A stretch of 64,000 bases of DNA from Paragordius varius (Eukaryota > Animalia > Nematomorpha), in the NCBI GenBank assembly GCA_964247055.1, contig OZ176051.1, positions 10,726,001 through 10,790,000 of the forward strand, given 5' to 3'. Below the pieces are notes generated by a model, which was not told the origin of the DNA, made no database searches, and was given only the letters and a program-made list of their open reading frames with translations. Shown one piece after another: positions 11,196 through 21,900 of this stretch. Numbering within the stretch: position 1 is the stretch's first letter; each line of letters begins with the position of its first letter. The position numbers and the translations under genes were made by a program.

Positions 11196-13751
11196 CTAGG
11201 ATGAGATAAACAATGACTTTATTTGAATTAATGTTTGAGCAAGGTTTTGTATAATGTGATAACTTTCATTGCAAACCTCAGAAATATCTTCAGATATTTC
11301 GGCTTTAATACAAGGCTCATCGTTTGTCGAATCGCGTAGATATAAGGTATTGGGAAGTTTTTGTATACTACTGTTGAGTTGTGTGGTGTAAGCGACCAAG
11401 TTTTTCCATAAATCCATAAAATGCATGCGAACATCAGAAGATAAAATTGATGAATTTTCCATAATTAGTGATTTGTAATAATCATGAGTAATTTTTTTTA
11501 TTTCATCCAGCAAATGTACGTATTCCGCTTGTATATTTTGAATTTCTTCACTAATGGACGCATGGTCTTTATTCAATGATGTTATGTAGTCTTCCGACGG
11601 TATGAAATGGCCAACACTGGGCTCTTTATCCATTTTAACTTGTAAAATATTATAATATTTCACAATGGTTTTAAGCCGAACTGAAAATAATTGTACAAAA
11701 TTTGTTATCGTCTCAGGTGTTGTCAAAGAAATCAATGTTTCATGGTCAGGCGAAAAGTTTTGAGAAGATAATTTTTTATCATCACCATTAATCTTTTCGG
11801 ATAAAACTGTCAATATCTGACACATTGAGAACATATGCGATTCAATGCCATGTTTAAATTCGGAAAATTCATTACTAAGCAGTTTAACATCCCTTATAAT
11901 AGGTATTATGGTTTGGGATAATTTATCCGTCAAATTGTTAACGGTATTTTCCAAATGCGTTATGCGTTGTTTGAGGGAATTAATTTCTGTGAAATTTGGA
12001 ATGCTACTTCTCTTGATGTTATTGTGTAACCCATTTTGATTACAATGGGTTAAGGTGTCAGTGTTGTATTTTAACCCATTTTCTGGCTTTGTATTTAGAG
12101 ACGATATATACAAATCACTTTTGTTCAAATTTTTAGCAAAGGGTTTACCCCTCAAGTCAAGCCAGCGAAATAATATAGCTTTACACAATGGCTTAATTTG
12201 ATTTGAGGGCAATTTACTCAATTTTTGTCTCATTTGATTCCTTTGTGGGCTTAAAAGAGGATTTATAGGGAGGAAAGTTAATTTGGAATTGGGTATATCA
12301 TCCTGTATAGAATCCATTTTATTGCCATTGTTAACACCAAAATAATATTTGAGTTCGCGTCTATATATATCATCGTACATATCTTGCATCAGAATTTTAA
12401 GATTACCTAATGATGTTATTTTATAACTGAGAAGTGATTTAAAAAATGAATCCAACTGTTTTTCATTCATTTCATTACTATTTATGGGTTTCGTTTCGAA
12501 ATCCATCGTGTAAGTATATTGATAGAGGGTATCCGTAATACAATTAAAATGTTGTATGAAAAAATCTTGATAACCAGTAATAAATAAGTTGGATTTGTCC
12601 ATATTATCTTGTTCTAGCCACTGTTTAATAACTTGTAGTATAAGGGGCGTTATAACTGCTCCCCATAAAACTAATATATGTGCTTGTAAAAATTGTCCAA
12701 ATTTTAGTGCTTCCAGCAAAGGGTTACTACGTTTTAACGGTTTTATACCATTAGATATTGCTGAAGATGGTATTATAGTATTAAGATGTTCATTTAAGTC
12801 GTAGTATTCACAATTTGGGTTAGCTCCAAGAACTAAAAGTTGTAAGGTTGTTTCAAGTTTTGAAGTGGTTACGGCAAATCTCAATTGAGTGTCCAACACA
12901 TCTTGAAGTGATGAAGTATCTTCCGGATGTATGGTTATGGAAGTAAGGTATAATTTATCCATAAACGATAGAAATTGATATTTAGTTCGGATATAATTAA
13001 CTTTAATTTCGTATGTTGAATTTGGTGAAATTTGGTAATGTTTATTAGAGTTGTGTACGTTAAAATTTTCATCATTTGTTTGAGCTGTTTCTAATTTATT
13101 AGGTGGAAAGGCGTTTTCTTTTTCATCATGATTATCAAAATATAAGGGGTTGGATGAGAATTCCATTTCAGACATGTTTATACCCTTAAGATCGGATAAT
13201 TGAATAAGAGTACTTTCACGATTATTGTAAGATACCACAGAATTAATACGGCTATTTGGTTTGGAAAGGGTACCACTTGAATTACTTCGAATTAAAGTGC
13301 TACAACTTCCCAAATCAATTTGAACAGATTGATCTTTAAACGCTAAAGACAAATCAGCAAAACAACTATTTCGTTGACCAGATTCAAATTTTACAAAAGA
13401 GTTAGTATGATTCGAATTGCCAGGATTAATAGAATACCATAAACTTTGGAATGTTTCTGCATGTGCTAAATAATACTTTAGTAAAAGAAGCTCAATATGG
13501 GTCCATGAAAAACGATTAATCATATTTTTGTCCATTTTAAAATTTGTAGTAAAGCTTATTGAAGGCGGTATAGTGAGACATTTAACGTAAGAAATGTGTT
13601 TTCCTAAACCAGCGTGTATAAGGGCACATTGTTCACAACATATTACGCCTCGATTTAAAATCACCCATAAATCTATGGTTTTATTTGATCCACAATCTGC
13701 GCAATTCGGATTGAATTTTAGAATATCATTCAATAGATCCCACTTATCCAT
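11196..13751 (-). CDS. GIT: GIT-family ArfGAP scaffold (ArfGAP zinc finger, ankyrin-like repeat, two Spa2-homology repeats, coiled coil, C-terminal helical domain); intronless, 851 aa
   Basis: The ORF track start at 13799 is TTG; the first ATG is at 13751. Motifs: CADC...CEQC zinc finger with LGKHISYVKCL, LLVLGANPN (ankyrin-like), LMQDMYDDIYRRE and SPQRNQMRQKLSKL (GIT Spa2-homology repeats EELAMDVYDEVDRRE / RNQGRQKLARF). Confidence 0.92.
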   Translation of the reverse strand: MDKWDLLNDILKFNPNCADCGSNKTIDLWVILNRGVICCEQCALIHAGLGKHISYVKCLTIPPSISFTTNFKMDKNMINRFSWTHIELLLLKYYLAHAETFQSLWYSINPGNSNHTNSFVKFESGQRNSCFADLSLAFKDQSVQIDLGSCSTLIRSNSSGTLSKPNSRINSVVSYNNRESTLIQLSDLKGINMSEMEFSSNPLYFDNHDEKENAFPPNKLETAQTNDENFNVHNSNKHYQISPNSTYEIKVNYIRTKYQFLSFMDKLYLTSITIHPEDTSSLQDVLDTQLRFAVTTSKLETTLQLLVLGANPNCEYYDLNEHLNTIIPSSAISNGIKPLKRSNPLLEALKFGQFLQAHILVLWGAVITPLILQVIKQWLEQDNMDKSNLFITGYQDFFIQHFNCITDTLYQYTYTMDFETKPINSNEMNEKQLDSFFKSLLSYKITSLGNLKILMQDMYDDIYRRELKYYFGVNNGNKMDSIQDDIPNSKLTFLPINPLLSPQRNQMRQKLSKLPSNQIKPLCKAILFRWLDLRGKPFAKNLNKSDLYISSLNTKPENGLKYNTDTLTHCNQNGLHNNIKRSSIPNFTEINSLKQRITHLENTVNNLTDKLSQTIIPIIRDVKLLSNEFSEFKHGIESHMFSMCQILTVLSEKINGDDKKLSSQNFSPDHETLISLTTPETITNFVQLFSVRLKTIVKYYNILQVKMDKEPSVGHFIPSEDYITSLNKDHASISEEIQNIQAEYVHLLDEIKKITHDYYKSLIMENSSILSSDVRMHFMDLWKNLVAYTTQLNSSIQKLPNTLYLRDSTNDEPCIKAEISEDISEVCNESYHIIQNLAQTLIQIKSLFISS

Positions 13752-13843
13752 TATTTCTTTTGTGCAAAAAAATTGTAATTTTAAAATTAATCCATGCAAT
13801 AAAATGAATGTTTGATAATTACATTTGATTTACCCACCATAAC
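13752..13843. promoter_or_regulatory. Putative bidirectional promoter / shared 5' region of GIT and NCBP1
   Basis: Only 92 bp separate the two divergent ATGs (13751 minus, 13844 plus). No core promoter motif was identified. Confidence 0.55.
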
Positions 13844-16800
13844 ATGGCTTATAGAAAGAAGCGTGATTATGACCATAATGATGGTCAAAGGAAAAAAGCT
13901 AGAGGCACAGATATTTCAGAAATTGAAAAGCGTTTAGAATCATTAATAACGAGAGTTGGGGAAAAGGTATGCAATTATATTTAAACTTTTACATAGACTT
14001 CCTCATCGATTGAAAGTAAATTAGAGGGTTTGGCCAGAGTGCTTGATGCAGATTTTACTTCTTTTAAACCAAAAATTATAGAAATTATTGGACAATGGTT
14101 TAGTTTGCCGTATATTTTTTTAGTGTTTTAAAAATGCCCGAGAAAATGTCCATATATGCCACATTAGTTGGCCTTTTAAATGTTAAAAATAGTGATGCTG
14201 GAAGAGAAGTATTTACTTTTGATATTTCTTTTTGTTTTATTTTTGACTAAAATTTAATTTTATTAGATCATTGAATCCTTAGTCAAACGATTAAAAATTA
14301 GTCTAAAAAATGGAGATTTTCATGCTGGACTTGCTATAGTCAATTTTTTTGCTGATCTTTGTAACGCCAACGTACTCATACTTAACTCTGTCATCAATTT
14401 ATTTGAAAATTTTTTGGATGTTCTCAACGAGCAAACTTTACAAGTGTGAAAATTATTATTTTTAATCAAAAAACGGAATCGAATTTAATTAATAGCTTTT
14501 CACTTTAATATTTCGCTTATAATTATTAAATATATGTAGTTGTATACAAAAGTGTATTTTTTGGATTTATATACATCGATATATTTTTATTTATTTATGA
14601 ACGTTGAAACTTGGTGTTAGTTTTTTTGAAAAAGATAATTTCAATCATATGAACCAAAGTTTTGCCAAAAATAAATTTGTAAACGAAACGATTTTTCTAA
14701 TTTAAACCCGGTTTTAATTTCTCTATATATATATCATATAGATACGTTGCGATTGGTATGTTTACGCTGTTTTAACCTCCATACCTATTGTTGGACAACT
14801 TATGTTAAATGATGAAAAACAAGGAGACTTGGAAAAAATATTTTCCAAAATTGACAATCATATGAAGTAATTTATCCTTATTTGAAACAAAAGTTATAAA
14901 AGAGTTAAAATACATAACATAAAAAACGATTTCATCATGATTCGATTATTTAAATTATTTTGTTAAAATCGTCAAAGTTTTTGGATATAATGAAACTTTC
15001 TAAAGCCAAAAATTATAAAAAATAAATATTATTTTTTCAAATATCTTTTCATTATTGATTATTATTATTCTGTAATATAATTTGATATTAAATATAAAAC
15101 AATAATATATAGTTTTTACAAATTTTTATGATGCAGATAATGACCAACCCATGTTTTATTTCCCGCATCAATACGTTCACTCGTTAAAATAAATTTTTCG
15201 ATTACAAATTATTGATTACCAAATTATCTTGTACGTTTTTAATTGATAGCTTAGGTTTTACATTAAAAAAAGATGAGATATATTTTTTACAAAACCTTAA
15301 AGACAAATTATTAATTAAAACCACATTTATACCTGATTTTTCTTTTAAACTTATGATTCAAATATATAATACAGTGTCTCAATAATTTACATAATTTACT
15401 TTATAACCTTAAAGAAATTGCAATTAAACCTGGTTATCTTTATAACTTCATCACCTTTTGGGGTAGCTTTACCAGATCGATTAGAAATTCGAATATTTGA
15501 ATAAAGTCGGATAACTGGTATATGACGGGTATAAACATCAAACATATTACTGTGAACGTTAAGCCGAATTTTAAAAATGGTGTCCAAGTCTTTGAGGCGC
15601 ATTATACAATTTTTTTAAAAAAATGTAAAATTGTAATAAAATCAAACTTTTTTGCCTCCATTTTTTCTATATATTTTTATCAATCACTACTACAACAGGC
15701 AAATAATGTATATTATGGTAAAATATCGTGAAAATTAACTTTAATTGGCTACCTTTTACCAGCAAAAACTTGATATATTTTGATTTTTTATCAGTTGTTT
15801 GTTTGAATCGTGTTAGAGATGTCCCAATTTAAGATTCTAGAAGTCATTAAACTGTAAAAACTTTTAATCTAACTCCTGAGAACAGTGTTTGATAATTAAA
15901 TTTTAACTAAAATAACTTTTAAAACTGTAGTTTATTAACAAATTTGAGCTCTGGGATATAAAACTACCACAAAATGTAAACTAGGACAAAAAAGTTAAAA
16001 GGTAATAAAGTGTTAAAATATTTCTTTTAATTTTTACGTTTTGTCCGTATTCAATTTTTACTTAAATATTTCATTATATACCATTTACAGTTTAAATTCA
16101 CCCTTAAACAATTTAAATTCACACTCGAACTATTCAAATTCACCCTACAAATAAATTATCAGGATAATATAACTTATCATTAATATAAAATATATTCTTA
16201 TGGCATTATTTATTATTTTTTCAGTTTTATATTAATTTTTTACAAAATTCCATTTTTTAAAAATATAAAAAAATATAGGTAATTTTAATTCTAAAAAACA
16301 CATAATTTATTTTAGGGAGAATTTCTATTGTTCAAAAGTAAATTTGAATAGTAAATGGTGTATTTTTCATAATAAACCAAAAATTATTGTTTTTATTTTT
16401 CTGCTTATGATAGAAATCGCGTTAAAACATACGTACCCATCTTACAAGTTTGGAAAACGCAATCAAACGATTATTTACAAGTGCGAGCAAAGGGAAATAA
16501 TCCAAACACACAATCTGATACCCATTTTGAAGTTTTTACTTTGAATTTTACCTTTTGTTAAACACTTTTTTTTAACTCTAAATTATTTCTTGATTTTGCG
16601 TTTAAAGTATTTAGATGCATTGTGGTTAGCCGTAACTCAGGCCTTTAAATGGAATGCTTCTTCAATAAACAATGATAATACGGATCATCAACTTGATTTG
16701 GATGATAATTTATTAACAACACCCGTATTAAAGGTTTGAAATTTTAGAATCAAAAGAAATAAGTGTTTTATTTGAGCAATCTTTTTAAGGTTTTTTAACT

Positions 16801-18941
16801 TTGCTTCCGAACATTATGTTTGAGTCTGACTGGTTATAAATAAATTCAGTCAAAAACTTCTAACTATTTTATCATTTTATTTAATGCTATAAATATATTA
16901 AACTTGCTGTGACTTAAACCACGATATATTATAAATAAATTTAGATTGGATATTTCTAGACTCAATAAAATATTTACTCATAAACATAATTATTATATTT
17001 GGCAAATACACAGAGTGGAGCTCTAATTCTGTACTAATTTTACGAAAGGCGTTTGGGTAAATTTTTGGTATTTTATGCGAGAAATACCTAAAAATAAAAT
17101 TATTATTAATGTTCACTCTAAAAATTTTGGCAATGATATTTTACGGGGGGACTCACATAGGAACAAACTAAAAAAAGGGGCTTTACTGTAGTCCGGGCCT
17201 TTATAAATGATTAAAAAATTTCACTTTAGGATTGTTTTTAGAGAGTTAAGCTAAATACACAAATATTCGGGAGTTGTTTCCCAAAAACTAGTCAAAAATG
17301 AAACTTTACAAGCAAAATATAAATCCTAAAAGACAAATATTTTACACAAAATGACGCTATATTAAACCCATAAATGTTTAGACACCAAAATTAAAAAAAT
17401 ATGGTTGTTTTTGCAAAAAAATATTGTGGTCTTTCTTACGTCTTTATTACGTTTCATCTAAATTTTACTGTAACAATTTTTTGTTAAAAGTACAAAGACA
17501 GGTTTTAAAGTAAAAGAAGTTATAAAAAAACATAATTAAGAGACAAAAGCTTTATTAAACCCTTTTTATATAACTTATCTTGTGATTTGTAAATAGGGAA
17601 TCAAGATGATAGTTGTTAATAGACTCAATATAATTTATTAATGTATTATCCAGGGAATTACAAGTTAAATAATATGACTGTCGTTACAAACCAATATGAT
17701 ATACCTCTCAATTTATATATGACTATATGGTATATATTTATATATAGGCATACAGTTATGGGGTAGGTAATGCATGTTACACAGCTTTTGAAACTGAATT
17801 GAGTCAAGCTTTGGTTCATACATTACCAACCATTATTCCGCCTATACATGATCCAAATTATTCGACTTATCCGGTTCCGAGATGGGAATTTGTGCTTTTT
17901 GAACAATCTGACATCCCTGAAGTTAGGATTTAGCTTTTTATAACGTTTTCTTAAAAAACATTCTTAATGTTTTATTTTCTAACAAGTTTGTTTCCTTATA
18001 TTTAAAAGGAAATCATACCCTTGTAATTTTTCTAGTTTTCTATATATTCATATATTTTAAAAGACAGGCGAAATTGAATTATGTTTTAAATTTTTGTTAC
18101 ATGGTAGTATCTTTTTCATTGGATTAACCAAAAACAAAAGTAATAATATTGATAAAATATAATTAAAACTAAAAATTTAAAAAATTTGTCTAAATTAAAA
18201 AATATAGAATGTGACCTTTTTTTATATTTGAATACGTCATAAATACAGTATGCATTTTAATGAATACTTATTTCACACTATAACTATAAGTAGGGCAGTT
18301 TGCAACACAGGAGTGTATGGAAAAAAAGGAAGAAATTATTTATTCAACATTATGTTGTTTTTTCCATACACTTGTGTTTTTGCAAATTTCTCAACTATAG
18401 TTAGAAATAAGCAACCATTAAAATGCATACTGTAAATGTATATGAGACTGTGCTACTAATTTACTCTATTTTATTTTGGCAACCCAAAACGATAGGTCTT
18501 TTTTATATTTGAACAATAAGATTTTTAAAAGTATGGCTCTTTATCTCAATCAATATTTTAATTTTTAATTTATATGTAATACTTCATAGGGTTATCATTG
18601 GCCACCGCCCACAAGTCTTGATAAATTGCTCGTTTTAAAGGATATGCATTCCATTATACGGACTCATTACAAGGATCGGAAACATTGGTTTTTTATATTT
18701 TCTCTTAAAACTATACAACTATATCATAATTTTTTCGATACTTTGTAGTATTTACGATAAAAGAATTAATGATATAATAAAAATAAGTTTTAAATTCCAA
18801 TTTGATTTTGTTTTATTTTTTTGTCATATTAAAAAGTATATTTATTTTAACCGGTAATTTTGAAAAATTGTCTTTATATAAGTTTTTGTACATCATTTGA
18901 AATTTTATTGTTAATACTATTTATATATCATTTTTTAAATA

Positions 18942-18972
<31 letters not shown>

Positions 18973-21900
18973 GCGCTGCCGAATTACTGAGTTATCGTTT
19001 GAAACCTAAAGTTCCATTGAATTATATGATTGTTGAGGTAAAAATATGAAATATTTTATTTAAGATAGATTTCTTTTAAAAAGTAATGTTTGATTTCTGA
19101 ATAACCTTTATAAATTTATTATGTATACAACTTTAAACTTTTTATGTAAAATAAATATTGATTTTTACTATAAAACATAATCAATTATTGAGACACATGG
19201 AATTCCTTTAACAATATACCATTTACAATTAAAATTCACCTATGAACAATTCAAATTTACCCTAAAAATGTTTTTTCTGGCTAATATAACTCATCATTAA
19301 TATGAAATAAATTTTTACTACTATTGTTTTTCTAGCATTTTAATTTTAAACGGAATTTTATATTTTAAAAACATTAAAAATTAAAGGTAATTTTTAAAAA
19401 AATTTATTAGGGTGAATTTGAATTTTTAAGGGTGAATTTGAAATGAAGGGCGAATTTGAACTGTAAATGGTATAATTAAACTTGTTAACACATACCTTTA
19501 GTGTTAAAAATTGATAATATATTATATGAAAATTATATAGATAAAAATGTAAATAAATTTTTGTATATAAACAATACAATTATGCCTTAAAATATATGAT
19601 TGAATATATTATCAACATTACATCGCTGCAACCCAAAACAATAAATTGTATTTAAAACTATTCTTCTCCTTTTTAACAAATATACTTGTCGTTTTGCCTA
19701 AATAATTTGTATTTTTACTACTGTATTAATTGTGATATATAAACAAAATATGTTCATAATAATTTTTTTCTTTCACAGTGTTTATTCAGTGAATTATTTG
19801 CTTTGCCTCAAGCCTGTCACATTGAAGTCATGTATGCAGCCCTGTTTATCGAATTATGTAAACTCCAACCTAGTTCTTTACCACCAGTGGTATTTTTTAT
19901 ATTTTTAATTGCAAAAAATTTGGATTTTTTGAAAAAAAAATCCAAAATTTGAGTTTAAGATAATTAAGATATAAAAGATTACAGTCATTTTAAATAACTA
20001 TATTGCTAGTATTTTTTCATTATATTTGCAAAAAAGAACAATATCCGAATAAAATTGGTGCATATAAAATGCATAATTTTTGCATTTTCTTCCTTTAATA
20101 TCTTTCAAAATATTGTCATAACTGTAGTTATGAATAACTATATTAACATTAAATTTTTTAATAATCCAATTCAGGGCTGCCCAACTCACCTTGTTTGGTA
20201 CGCAAAAAGGCTTTAAAAAATGTTAAAAAACATATAATTTGGAATTTATTCAAAATTTTCCGATTATTCAGAAAATTTATTATCCAAAATGGGGTTTAAA
20301 ATAAGTAAAAAAATTATCAAGGCAGGAAGACATCTGTGTTGGACAACCCAGATTTTGTTTTAAGTTGCAAAATATGTTTTAATTTTTTTATTTATATGGG
20401 CAAAATTTTATTTCTGCATATTTTTTTGATACATATAGTTAGCTCAAGCCACGGAACTTTTATTTGATCGATTAGATAATATGCATACAATGTGTATGGA
20501 TAGGTAATTTTTTATGAAGAAACTTTTAAATTTTCTTGTATTGCTAATTGAAACATATATTAAAGCGTAATTATGAAGTTTTGAATTAACATATTCGAAA
20601 TTTTTAATATATATTTTTGAACTTATGCAATAAATATGTTAAATATTGAAATTGGTTTTATGTCCGATTTAGATTTTCGAATTGGTTTTCACACCACCTA
20701 AGTAACTTTCAATACAAATGGAGTTGGGAGGATTGGGAAGCGTGCTTGGATCAGGATGTGGAAATGCCTCAACCAAAATTTATACATGAAACTCTCATTA
20801 AATGCATTAGGTTAGGGGTCATTTCATTTACTATATATTGCTTTTTATCGAAATCTTATGACATAAACCTATTAGATTATACTGATGATAATATACTTTT
20901 CCGATATTAAGTTTTTAAATTATAAATGAATGAATTTGAATACACCTATACAAACCTACAAGTTTGATTCATGTATTTTTTTATTGGGCTTTTTTATGTG
21001 CGATGCGTAAAAACATTTTTATTTATTAAAAAAGGTATATATACATTAAATTTTATAAAAAATCAATTAATGAGAAGTTGTAAATTTTAACAAGTTTTTA
21101 TTTTCACATAATCACTAATATAAAACATTTTTTTTACGGTGAAATAGTAATTAAGTTTAAATTTTTTTTTATTTAAGTTCTACTAATTTGTTTCGTAGTT
21201 ACAGTTGGGTCTATCTGACTGGTTATGAATGCACGCTTATGTAAATAACACCAGATCAACTCTATGTTTATTACATGTTTAAAACCGTTTTGGAAAAATA
21301 CAAATTTTATGGTTGTTTAATTGAATTGGCATTAATTGTCAATGCTTAATTTTAACACGCCTAAAATAATTTGAAGATCAACTTAATATTCTTATAGTAT
21401 TTTAACACTTCTCTAATGATGACTGCATTGAAAATCAGTGGTAAGATCAAATATTATTCTTTTTTGATGGTTAAAAATAGGGGTATCCAACAACCCGTGG
21501 GCCGCATGCAGCCCTCCAAAATATTTCTGCAGCCCGCGTAAATTCAAAATTTTACGAAATCTACATAAATATTTTTTTTAATCATATCTTCTAAATAAAT
21601 CTTTCCGGGTTCCGGCAATAAATTAACAAAAATGTTAAAATAAATAACAGTTGTTTAACAATCTATTGTTAAGAATAATTTATTGAAATGATATTTGTTA
21701 ATGTCCATATATTTTGCTCATGCCGCCGGCCCGCTAAGCCATTTGTGTTGAGGACACTCCTGGTTTACTCACACCTGAGCAATAATACTGATTAATGGTA
21801 TTTATTTGTTTCAGATTATCATATTATCAACGCATTCTTGCTGCCATACCATGTGAACCACTTAAGCGTGTTTTAATGCCCCCACCTGTTGAACCCAATT

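Noticed and set aside
13752-13799. ORF-track N-terminal extension of GIT (MHGLILK...)
   Set aside because: It starts at TTG. The ATG at 13751 places the zinc finger at the usual distance from the N-terminus.
15396-15731. Overlapping short ORFs in a slightly GC-richer patch of NCBP1 intron 5
   Set aside because: No motif recognised, and not needed for the NCBP1 frame; possibly an old TE fragment.
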